NCBI RefSeq assembly: GCF_050320075.1
Contig: NZ_CP190018.1
Origin: Escherichia coli
GTDB taxonomy: Bacteria > Pseudomonadota > Gammaproteobacteria > Enterobacterales > Enterobacteriaceae
DNA: 64,000 nucleotides
Strand: one strand, 5' to 3'
Made by a program: the position numbers and the translations under genes. Every line of letters begins with the position of its first letter. Within the stretch, counting starts at the first letter, position 1. Positions 17,822-26,257 of the stretch are shown here, in pieces. Below the pieces are notes generated by a model. It saw nothing but the letters and a program-made list of their open reading frames with translations. It searched no databases and had not been told where the DNA came from.

Positions 17822-18730
17822 ATGCCGATTATCGACCTGAACCAGCTACCCGCACCGGATGTGGTCGAGGAGCTGGACTTTGAAACCATTCTTGCCGAAC
17901 GCAAGGCGACACTGATTTCCCTTTACCCGGAAGACCAGCAGGAGGCGGTCGCCCGTACCCTGACGCTGGAATCCGAACCTCTCGTCAAACTGCTGGAGGA
18001 AAATGCTTATCGTGAGCTTATCTGGCGTCAGCGTGTGAATGAGGCCGCACGGGCGGTGATGCTGGCCTGTGCAGCCGGTAATGACCTTGATGTGATTGGT
18101 GCCAATTACAACACCACACGCCTGATTATCACCCCGGCAGATGATTCGACCATCCCGCCGACACCGGCAGTGATGGAATCTGACACCGATTATCGTCTGC
18201 GTATTCAGCAGGCGTTTGAAGGTTTAAGCGTTGCCGGGTCGGTGGGAGCCTATCAGTATCATGGTCGCAGTGCCGACGGGCGTGTCGCGGATATCTCTGT
18301 CACCAGTCCGTCTCCGGCCTGTGTCACTATCTCCGTGCTGTCCCGCGAAAATAACGGTGTCGCATCCGAAGACCTGCTGGCTGTGGTGCGTAACGCTCTT
18401 AATGGCGAGGACGTCAGGCCGGTGGCTGACCGCGTGACCGTGCAGTCTGCCGCCATTGTTGAATATCAGATAAACGCCACGCTTTACCTTTACCCTGGTC
18501 CCGAAAGCGAACCCATCCGCGCTGCTGCCGTGAAAAAACTGGAAGCGTATATCACGGCACAGCACCGGCTGGGGCGCGACATCCGTCTGTCTGCCATTTA
18601 TGCCGCTTTGCATGTGGAGGGCGTGCAGCGTGTCGAGCTGGCCGCACCGCTGGCCGATATCGTGCTTAACAGCACGCAGGCGTCTTTCTGTACCGAATAC
18701 CGCGTCGTGACCGGAGGCCCGGATGAGTGA
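17822..18730 (+). CDS. J: Baseplate protein (P2 gpJ-like)
   Basis: 302 aa, size and position. Confidence 0.85.
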   Translation: MPIIDLNQLPAPDVVEELDFETILAERKATLISLYPEDQQEAVARTLTLESEPLVKLLEENAYRELIWRQRVNEAARAVMLACAAGNDLDVIGANYNTTRLIITPADDSTIPPTPAVMESDTDYRLRIQQAFEGLSVAGSVGAYQYHGRSADGRVADISVTSPSPACVTISVLSRENNGVASEDLLAVVRNALNGEDVRPVADRVTVQSAAIVEYQINATLYLYPGPESEPIRAAAVKKLEAYITAQHRLGRDIRLSAIYAALHVEGVQRVELAAPLADIVLNSTQASFCTEYRVVTGGPDE

Positions 18731-19253
18731 TTCGCGCCTGCTGCCGACCGGCTCATCACCGCTTGAAGTTGCCGCCGCAAAAGCCTGTGCGGAAATTGAA
18801 AAAACGCCGGTCAGTATTCGTGAGCTGTGGAACCCGGATACCTGTCCGGCAAATCTGCTGCCGTGGCTGGCGTGGGCGTTTTCGGTCGACAGGTGGGATG
18901 AAAAGTGGCCGGAAGCAACAAAACGCGCTGTTATCCGCGATGCGTATTTCATTCACTGCCATAAGGGCACTATAGGCGCAATCCGGCGTGTGGTGGAGCC
19001 GCTCGGCTATCTCATCAACGTGACGGAGTGGTGGGAAAACAGTGACCCGCCCGGCACCTTCCGGCTTGATATTGGTGTACTGGAAAGTGGCATCACAGAG
19101 GCAATGTATCAGGAAATGGAACGGCTTATTGCTGATGCCAAACCTGCAAGCCGTCACCTTATTGGTCTGAACATTACCCGGGACATTCCCGGCTACCTGT
19201 TCGCCGGTGGTGTGGCTTATGACGGCGATGTAATTACGGTTTACCCCGGATAA
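18723..19253 (+). CDS. I: Baseplate protein (P2 gpI-like)
   Basis: 176 aa, size and position. Confidence 0.85.
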   Translation: MSDSRLLPTGSSPLEVAAAKACAEIEKTPVSIRELWNPDTCPANLLPWLAWAFSVDRWDEKWPEATKRAVIRDAYFIHCHKGTIGAIRRVVEPLGYLINVTEWWENSDPPGTFRLDIGVLESGITEAMYQEMERLIADAKPASRHLIGLNITRDIPGYLFAGGVAYDGDVITVYPG

Positions 19254-19263
19254 GTGAGGAATA

Positions 19264-21417
19264 ATGAGCACAAAATTCAAAACCGTTATCACCACTGCCG
19301 GTGCAGCAAAGCTGGCAGCGGCAACCGCACCGGGAGGGCGGAAGGTCAATATTACCACGATGGCCGTCGGGGATGGCGGTGGTAAATTGCCTGTCCCGGA
19401 TGCCGGACAGACCGGGCTTATCCACGAAGTCTGGCGACATGCGCTGAACAAAATCAGCCAGGACAAACGAAACAGTAATTATATTATCGCAGAGCTGGTT
19501 ATTCCGCCGGAGGTGGGCGGCTTCTGGATGCGTGAGCTTGGCCTGTACGATGATGCGGGAACGTTAATTGCCGTGGCGAACATGGCCGAAAGTTATAAAC
19601 CTGCCCTTGCCGAAGGCTCAGGGCGTTCGCAGACCTGCCGCATGGTCATCATCGTCAGCAGTGTGGCCTCAGTGGAGCTGACCATTGACACCACAACGGT
19701 GATGGCGACGCAGGATTACGTTGATGACAAAATTGCAGAGCATGAACAGTCACGACGTCACCCGGACGCCTCGCTGACCGCAAAAGGTTTTACTCAGTTA
19801 AGCAATGCGACCAACAGCACGTCTGAAACACTGGCCGCAACGCCGAAAGCGGTTAAGGCCGCATATGACCTTGCTAACGGGAAATATACCGCACAGGACG
19901 CTACCACAGCGCGAAAAGGTCTTGTCCAGCTAAGTAGTGCGACCAACAGCATGTCTGAAACGCTCGCCGCAACACCAAAAGCCGTTAAGACGGTAATGGA
20001 TGAAACGAACAAGAAAGCGCCATTAAACAGCCCTGCACTGACCGGAACGCCAACGACGCCAACTGCGCGACAGGGAACGAATAATACTCAGATCGCAAAC
20101 ACGGCTTTCGTTATGGCCGCGATTGCCGCCCTTGTAGACTCGTCGCCTGACGCACTGAATACGCTGAACGAGCTGGCGGCGGCGCTGGGCAATGACCCGA
20201 ATTTTGCTACCACCATGACTAATGCGCTTGCGGGTAAGCAACCGAAAGATGCCACTTTGACGGCGCTGGCGGGGCTTGCTACTGCGGCAGACAGGTTTCC
20301 GTATTTTACGGGGAATGATGTTGCCAGCCTGGCGACCCTGACAAAAGTCGGGCGGGATATTCTGGCTAAATCGACCGTTGCCGCCGTTATCGAATATCTC
20401 GGTTTACAGGAAACGGTAAACCGAGCCGGGAACGCCGTGCAAAAAAATGGCGATACCTTGTCCGGTGGACTTACTTTTGAAAACGACTCAATCCTTGCCT
20501 GGATTCGAAATACTGACTGGGCGAAGATTGGATTTAAAAATGATGCCGATGGTGACACTGATTCATACATGTGGTTTGAAACAGGCGACAACGGCAATGA
20601 ATATTTCAAATGGAGAAGCAAACAAGGCACCACAACAAAAGACCTGATGAATCTTAAATGGGATGCTTTGTATGTTCTTGTCAATGCCATTGTAAATGGC
20701 GAAGTCATATCAAAATCAGCAAACGGCCTACGTATTGCTTATGGTAATTACGGATTCTTTATTCGTAATGATGGTTCAAATACATACTTCATGTTGACAA
20801 ACTCCGGTGACAACATGGGGACTTATAACGGATTAAGGCCATTATGGATTAATAACGCTACTGGCGCTGTTTCGATGGGGCGTGGCCTTAATGTTTCAGG
20901 AGAAACACTTTCAGACCGTTTTGCTATTAACAGCGGTAATGGTATGTGGATTCAGATGCGCGATAACAACGCTATCTTTGGGAAAAATATAGTTAACACT
21001 GATAGCGCCCAGGCCTTGCTCCGTCAGGACCATGCCGACCGCAAATTTATGATTGGCGGTCTGGGAAATAAGCAATTTGGCATCTACATGATTAATAACT
21101 CAAGGACAGCCAATGGCACCGATGGTCAGGCGTACATGGACAATAACGGTAACTGGCTTTGTGGTTCGCAAGTTATTCCCGGCAACTATGGCAATTTTGA
21201 TTCCAGATATGTGAAAGATGTTCGACTTGGTTCACAGCAATATTATGGAGTGAACAACTGGCAAACATGGAATTTCCAGTGCCCGTCAGGTCATGTATTG
21301 TCTGGTATTAATGTTCAGGATACAGGGTCCAACTCTGCCGATAATATAGCGGGCGTTTATTACAGACCCGTTCAAAAGTATATAAATGGCACCTGGTATA
21401 ATGTAGCGAGCGTTTAA
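19264..21417 (+). CDS. H: Tail fibre protein (P2 gpH-like), 717 aa with AT-rich C-terminal receptor-binding region
   Basis: Position after I; N-terminus conserved phage-fibre type; composition shifts in the distal half. Confidence 0.85.
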   Translation: MSTKFKTVITTAGAAKLAAATAPGGRKVNITTMAVGDGGGKLPVPDAGQTGLIHEVWRHALNKISQDKRNSNYIIAELVIPPEVGGFWMRELGLYDDAGTLIAVANMAESYKPALAEGSGRSQTCRMVIIVSSVASVELTIDTTTVMATQDYVDDKIAEHEQSRRHPDASLTAKGFTQLSNATNSTSETLAATPKAVKAAYDLANGKYTAQDATTARKGLVQLSSATNSMSETLAATPKAVKTVMDETNKKAPLNSPALTGTPTTPTARQGTNNTQIANTAFVMAAIAALVDSSPDALNTLNELAAALGNDPNFATTMTNALAGKQPKDATLTALAGLATAADRFPYFTGNDVASLATLTKVGRDILAKSTVAAVIEYLGLQETVNRAGNAVQKNGDTLSGGLTFENDSILAWIRNTDWAKIGFKNDADGDTDSYMWFETGDNGNEYFKWRSKQGTTTKDLMNLKWDALYVLVNAIVNGEVISKSANGLRIAYGNYGFFIRNDGSNTYFMLTNSGDNMGTYNGLRPLWINNATGAVSMGRGLNVSGETLSDRFAINSGNGMWIQMRDNNAIFGKNIVNTDSAQALLRQDHADRKFMIGGLGNKQFGIYMINNSRTANGTDGQAYMDNNGNWLCGSQVIPGNYGNFDSRYVKDVRLGSQQYYGVNNWQTWNFQCPSGHVLSGINVQDTGSNSADNIAGVYYRPVQKYINGTWYNVASV
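19786..20001 (+). repeat. Two imperfect ~84-bp direct repeats inside gene H, encoding a duplicated G(F/L)(T/V)[19 protein letters not shown] motif
   Basis: Repeat copies at about 19786-19869 and 19918-20001 read directly in DNA and protein. Confidence 0.6.
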
Positions 21418-21418
21418 T

Positions 21419-21946
21419 ATGATGCACTTAAAGAACATAAAAGCGGGTAACGCTAAAACACTGGAACAGTATGAGTTAACAAAGAAACACGGAGTTATCT
21501 GGCTTTACTCTGAGGACGGAAAAAACTGGTATGAGGAAGTGAAGAACTTTCAGCCAGACACAATAAAGATTGTTTACGATGAAAATAATATTATTGTCGC
21601 TATCACCAGAGATGCTTCAACGCTTAATCCTGAAGGTTTTAGCGTTGTTGAGGTTCCTGATATTACCTCCAACCGACGTGCTGACGACTCAGGTAAATGG
21701 ATGTTTAAGGATGGTGCTGTGATTAAACGAATTTATACGGCAGAGGAATTGCAGCAGCAGGCAGAAAATCGGAAAGGCAGACTTCTTGCAGATGCTGAAT
21801 CCGTGATTTTGCCGCTGGAGCGCGCTGTCAGGCTGAATATGGCAACAGATGAGGAACGCAGCCGACTGGAAGCATGGGAACGCTACAACGTTCTGGTCAG
21901 TCGTGTGGATACTGCAAATCCTGAATGGCCAGAAATGCCGCAATAA
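21419..21946 (+). CDS. G: Tail fibre assembly protein (P2 gpG-like)
   Basis: 175 aa, immediately downstream of H. Confidence 0.8.
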   Translation: MMHLKNIKAGNAKTLEQYELTKKHGVIWLYSEDGKNWYEEVKNFQPDTIKIVYDENNIIVAITRDASTLNPEGFSVVEVPDITSNRRADDSGKWMFKDGAVIKRIYTAEELQQQAENRKGRLLADAESVILPLERAVRLNMATDEERSRLEAWERYNVLVSRVDTANPEWPEMPQ

Positions 21947-22240
21947 GTTGTATGAGTTCTGGTGGGAGTTTACATATCTATGGCACAGAGTAAAGCCTAA
22001 TCTGACAGTCCGCTCTGTGCCAGGAGCGGACATCCCACACTTCTGCTTCTGTGGCCAAAATCCGTATGCCACTACACTGCTGGCTTTTTAAGCGGCATTA
22101 ATCATATGGCTTCCTGTGAAAACGAAGGGTAAAATGGATAGGTATACGCTATAGAATTATGTATATGCTACATATACTAACAACGAAAGCAGGTTGCAAA
22201 GCAGCCTGTATAATCATCACTTAAGTTCATGGAATAAAAT

Positions 22241-22891
22241 ATGCATACTGGCTTTAAGGGAACTTATGACGCACTTTTGAGGCTTGAGAAGGCTATAGAA
22301 GGTCTGACCATCCAAGATGGGTTGATGACGAATACTCTTGGAGTTGGTGTTCCGGCAATAACATCAGATGACCTAATTGACCAAATAATTTGCATTATTA
22401 ACAAGCTGAAAGCATATGGTGATATTGAACTAACTGAAAAAGAAATTGCCGCTTATTCATCTCTCCCTGAAAAAATTGACACACTCATTAGAGTTCACGT
22501 CCCAGAGTTCTCAGGCGTTAACTCCGCACGAGCTATATCTTCATATATGCTAACACTGGCATATGTTGACCATTTCTTGGATGAATCGTTTACATGGAAG
22601 CGGTTGGATAATGCTAATTTACTTCCTAGAAATTTAAGCAGAAAAATTAAAAGCATGGAGGCGAGAATTAACAAGATTGATCCTGAGATGGATGCTCTTG
22701 AGAGTAAAGTTAAAACGATTAATGATGCTCATGTAGCTGCAGAAAATATACCTATAGACTTAAATGAATTAAAGGAATACAACAAAGAAGCATCTGATTT
22801 AAAGGAGAAGATATCTAAAACTCATTTCAGTTTAGAGTCCCAAGAAGAAGCCGCAAAAAAAATTATTGATGAGTTGCAAGAAAAAATATAG
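22241..22891 (+). CDS. Cargo protein at the Z/fun position, N-terminal part: 216 aa, soluble, coiled-coil-rich C-terminal half; probably the 5' portion of a longer frameshifted gene
   Basis: ORF track; TATAAT-like -10 element about 27 nt upstream; ends in TAG at 22889-22891 directly after an A6 tract. Confidence 0.6.
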   Translation: MHTGFKGTYDALLRLEKAIEGLTIQDGLMTNTLGVGVPAITSDDLIDQIICIINKLKAYGDIELTEKEIAAYSSLPEKIDTLIRVHVPEFSGVNSARAISSYMLTLAYVDHFLDESFTWKRLDNANLLPRNLSRKIKSMEARINKIDPEMDALESKVKTINDAHVAAENIPIDLNELKEYNKEASDLKEKISKTHFSLESQEEAAKKIIDELQEKI

Positions 22892-23016
22892 AGGCTGCCC
22901 GGTATCTGGCTCTTTGCGAAGAGGCTATTAGGGCTTCAACATCGAAAGGCTTAGCAGGAGCATTTGAAATAAAAGCAGATAAGCTTAACCGAAGTATCCA
23001 ACTATGGGTTGCCGGT

Positions 23017-23541
23017 TTGGCAGTTGCTTTGGGGCTTGGTGGTTTAGTCGGATATGAAAGATTGAAAGTTCTTTCTGGGGTTTTGAATAACCCAAATCCC
23101 AGTGCGGTAGTAATACTCACTCAATTACTATTATCTGTTTTTAGCATAGGCGCCCCTCTTTGGTTTGCTTGGATGTCTACAAAACAAATTAATCAACGTT
23201 TCAAACTCGCAGAGGATTATGCTTATAAAGCTTCTGTGGCTAAAGCGTATGAGGGATACAAAAATGAGGCATGCAAGGTATCAGATGGAGAGTTCGAAAA
23301 ACGCTTATTTGATTCTGCGCTAAGTCGACTTGAAGAGGCTCCATTGCGTTTTGTGAAAGATGAAGATCATACTACTCCTTGGACAGAAATGCTTAATTCT
23401 AAGTCGTTTCAAAAATTCTTAGATGCCTCCATTGATAATGTAAATTATGTTAAAGGGATTATAAGTAAGAAAGGCCAATCAGCAGCTAAAGCAAGCAATG
23501 ATGAGGTTAATCACATTGAAAAACTAAAGAATGAAGCTTGA
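23017..23541 (+). CDS. Cargo protein, C-terminal part: two TM helices plus about 130-aa C-terminal domain; reading frame is open back to 22873 with no in-frame ATG or RBS, consistent with fusion to the upstream ORF through a -1 shift
   Basis: Track start is a TTG; hand translation of 22873-23016 is stop-free and continues the coiled-coil (EAARYLALCEEAIRASTSKG...). Confidence 0.5.
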   Translation: MAVALGLGGLVGYERLKVLSGVLNNPNPSAVVILTQLLLSVFSIGAPLWFAWMSTKQINQRFKLAEDYAYKASVAKAYEGYKNEACKVSDGEFEKRLFDSALSRLEEAPLRFVKDEDHTTPWTEMLNSKSFQKFLDASIDNVNYVKGIISKKGQSAAKASNDEVNHIEKLKNEA

Positions 23542-23553
23542 ATTATAATACTG

Positions 23554-23576
23554 CCTCCGCAAGTGCGAGGCTTTTA
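23554..23576 (+). terminator. Rho-independent terminator after the Z/fun-position cargo gene
   Basis: gcctc-cgcaagtgc-gaggc stem-loop followed by TTTT. Confidence 0.6.
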
Positions 23577-23582
23577 CATTAA

Positions 23583-23611
23583 CTGCCCTGCAGTAAATCT
23601 AGGGCAGTTTT
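23583..23611 (+). terminator. Second tandem terminator
   Basis: ctgccct-...-agggcag stem-loop followed by TTTT. Confidence 0.55.
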
Positions 23612-23910
23612 ACGTGCTAGGGGCTGAGTTGGCTAACCGGCTCTTTCAGCAGTCGGTCTGCCGCTATTGAGCTGGGGCTCAACGTGTGTGAGAACGTCAG
23701 ATTCAATACGTAGGTATGGCCTCACTCCTTATTTGAGCACTCGCAATACAGAGCGTTAAAGTGATCGCCTTTCGGTACTGATCTGCGAATGACTTTGGGG
23801 GATTTGCACTCAGGGGAGAGTAACTTCGTGACAACTTCCGCTCTTAGCTAAAAGCAGACTGTCATATTTGATAGCGTTTCGGCTATGTAAATAGTCAGTC
23901 GGAAAATGAG

Positions 23911-23928
23911 TGTGTACAAATCAGGACA
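23911..23928 (+). promoter_or_regulatory. P2 late-promoter activator site (TGT-N12-ACA dyad) upstream of FI
   Basis: tgt-gtacaaatcagg-aca read in sequence about 120 nt upstream of the FI start; P2/P4 late promoters bound by Ogr/Delta carry this dyad. Confidence 0.45.
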
Positions 23929-24051
23929 GGCGGGCTGATTTCCCGCCTTTTCTTTATCTGTTGTTTCATCCCCTGACCAGCCAGGTCAAATAGCGTCTCA
24001 TGTACTACCCAACGGAAAATAGTTGCACCCATTAACCACGGAGTTAAACGG

Positions 24052-25242
24052 ATGAGTGACTATCATCACGGCGTGCAGGTGCTGGAGATTAACGACGGCA
24101 CCCGCGTCATTTCCACCGTATCCACGGCCATTGTCGGCATGGTCTGCACGGCCAGCGATGCGGATGCGGAAACCTTCCCCCTCAATAAACCGGTGCTGAT
24201 TACCAATGTGCAGAGCGCAATTGCAAAGGCCGGTAAAAAAGGCACGCTGGCGGCATCGTTGCAGGCCATCGCCGACCAGTCAAAACCGGTCACCGTTGTC
24301 GTGCGCGTGGAAGACGGCACCGGTGATGACGAGGAAACGAAACTCGCGCAGACCGTTTCCAATATCATCGGCACCACCGACGAAAACGGTCAGTATACCG
24401 GACTAAAAGCCCTGCTGGCGGCGGAGTCGGTAACCGGTGTTAAACCGCGTATTCTCGGTGTGCCGGGGCTGGACACCAAAGAGGTGGCTGTTGCACTGGC
24501 ATCCGTCTGTCAGAAGCTGCGCGCTTTCGGATATATCAGCGCATGGGGCTGTAAGACCATTTCCGAGGTGAAAGCCTACCGCCAGAATTTCAGCCAGCGT
24601 GAGCTGATGGTCATCTGGCCGGATTTCCTCGCATGGGATACGGTCGCCAGTACCACCGCCACCGCGTATGCCACCGCCCGTGCGCTGGGCCTGCGCGCTA
24701 AAATCGACCAGGAGCAGGGCTGGCATAAAACGCTGTCCAACGTCGGGGTAAACGGTGTTACCGGCATCAGTGCCTCTGTATTCTGGGATTTGCAGGAGTC
24801 CGGCACCGATGCTGACCTGTTGAACGAGTCAGGTGTCACAACGCTGATTCGCCGTGACGGTTTCCGATTCTGGGGTAACCGTACCTGCTCTGATGACCCG
24901 CTGTTCCTCTTTGAAAACTACACCCGCACCGCGCAGGTGCTGGCCGACACGATGGCTGAGGCGCACATGTGGGCGGTGGACAAGCCCATCACCGCAACGC
25001 TGATTCGCGACATCGTTGACGGCATCAATGCCAAATTCCGTGAGCTGAAAACAAACGGCTATATCGTGGATGCGACCTGCTGGTTCAGCGAAGAATCCAA
25101 CGATGCGGAAACCCTCAAGGCCGGAAAACTGTATATCGACTACGACTATACACCGGTGCCTCCTCTTGAAAACCTGACCCTGCGCCAGCGTATTACCGAT
25201 AAATACCTGGCAAATCTGGTCACCTCGGTTAACAGCAATTAA
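24052..25242 (+). CDS. FI: Tail sheath protein (P2 gpFI-like)
   Basis: 396 aa, size and position. Confidence 0.9.
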   Translation: MSDYHHGVQVLEINDGTRVISTVSTAIVGMVCTASDADAETFPLNKPVLITNVQSAIAKAGKKGTLAASLQAIADQSKPVTVVVRVEDGTGDDEETKLAQTVSNIIGTTDENGQYTGLKALLAAESVTGVKPRILGVPGLDTKEVAVALASVCQKLRAFGYISAWGCKTISEVKAYRQNFSQRELMVIWPDFLAWDTVASTTATAYATARALGLRAKIDQEQGWHKTLSNVGVNGVTGISASVFWDLQESGTDADLLNESGVTTLIRRDGFRFWGNRTCSDDPLFLFENYTRTAQVLADTMAEAHMWAVDKPITATLIRDIVDGINAKFRELKTNGYIVDATCWFSEESNDAETLKAGKLYIDYDYTPVPPLENLTLRQRITDKYLANLVTSVNSN

Positions 25243-25254
25243 GGAGCCTGACCG

Positions 25255-25773
25255 ATGGCAATGCCGCGCAAACTCAAGTTAATGAACGTCTTTCTGAACG
25301 GCTACAGCTATCAGGGCGTTGCAAAGTCCGTCACGCTGCCAAAACTGACCCGTAAGCTCGAAAACTATCGCGGTGCGGGGATGAACGGCAGCGCACCGGT
25401 AGACCTCGGCCTTGATGACGATGCGCTGTCAATGGAGTGGTCGCTCGGGGGCTTCCCGGATTCGGTTATCTGGGAGCTTTACGCCGCAACCGGTGTGGAT
25501 GCTGTGCCGATTCGTTTTGCAGGCTCTTACCAGCGTGACGATACCGGCGAAACGGTGGCCGTCGAAGTGGTCATGCGTGGCCGTCAGAAAGAAATCGACA
25601 CCGGCGAGGGTAAACAGGGAGAAGACACTGAGTCGAAAATCTCCGTGGTCTGCACCTATTTCCGGCTGACGATGGACGGTAAGGAGCTGGTCGAAATCGA
25701 CACCATCAACATGATTGAGAAGGTGAACGGCGTCGACCGGCTGGAGCAACACCGCCGCAATATCGGCCTGTGA
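25255..25773 (+). CDS. FII: Tail tube protein (P2 gpFII-like)
   Basis: 172 aa, size and position. Confidence 0.9.
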   Translation: MAMPRKLKLMNVFLNGYSYQGVAKSVTLPKLTRKLENYRGAGMNGSAPVDLGLDDDALSMEWSLGGFPDSVIWELYAATGVDAVPIRFAGSYQRDDTGETVAVEVVMRGRQKEIDTGEGKQGEDTESKISVVCTYFRLTMDGKELVEIDTINMIEKVNGVDRLEQHRRNIGL

Positions 25774-25829
25774 TTTTCATCCGGTCAGCCAGGCTGACCG
25801 GTTAACCCTGATTCAGAAGTGAGAAAACC

Positions 25830-26105
25830 ATGAACAAAGAAAATGTGATTACCCTGGACAATCCGGTCAAGCGTGGTGAGCAGGTTATCGAACAGGTCAC
25901 GCTGATGAAACCCAATGCCGGGACGCTGCGCGGTGTCAGTCTGGCTGCGGTCGCAAACTCCGAAGTCGATGCACTGATTAAAGTGCTGCCGCGCATGACG
26001 GCACCGATGCTGACTGAGCAGGAGGTCGCCGCGCTGGAGCTGCCTGACCTTGTGGCGCTGGCCGGTAAGGTGGTCGGTTTTTTGTCGCCGAACTCGGTGC
26101 AGTGA
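25830..26105 (+). CDS. E: Tail assembly chaperone (P2 gpE-like)
   Basis: 91 aa; contains slippery T TTT TTG near its 3' end. Confidence 0.8.
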   Translation: MNKENVITLDNPVKRGEQVIEQVTLMKPNAGTLRGVSLAAVANSEVDALIKVLPRMTAPMLTEQEVAALELPDLVALAGKVVGFLSPNSVQ

Positions 26106-26257
26106 CGTTTCCGAAAAATCTCTCGGTCGATGACCTGATGGCGGATGTGGCAGTGATATTTCACTGGCCGCCATCAGAACTGTATCCCATGAGCCTGACC
26201 GAACTCATCACATGGCGCGAAAAGGCGCTCCGGCGAAGCGGAAACACGAATGAGTAA
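25830..26257 (+). CDS. E+E': Tail assembly chaperone frameshift product (P2 gpE+E'-like), -1 programmed frameshift at T6G (26078-26084)
   Basis: Slippery heptamer TTTTTTG in zero-frame phase T TTT TTG; -1 frame stays open to TAA at 26255-26257, overlapping the T start; same arrangement as P2 E/E'. Confidence 0.65.

Noticed and set aside
21947-22240. Small ORFs 21849-22091 (+) and 21689-22072 (-) between G and the Z/fun-slot cargo
   Set aside because: No RBS, and they overlap the end of G or a hairpin; likely non-coding promoter/terminator region.
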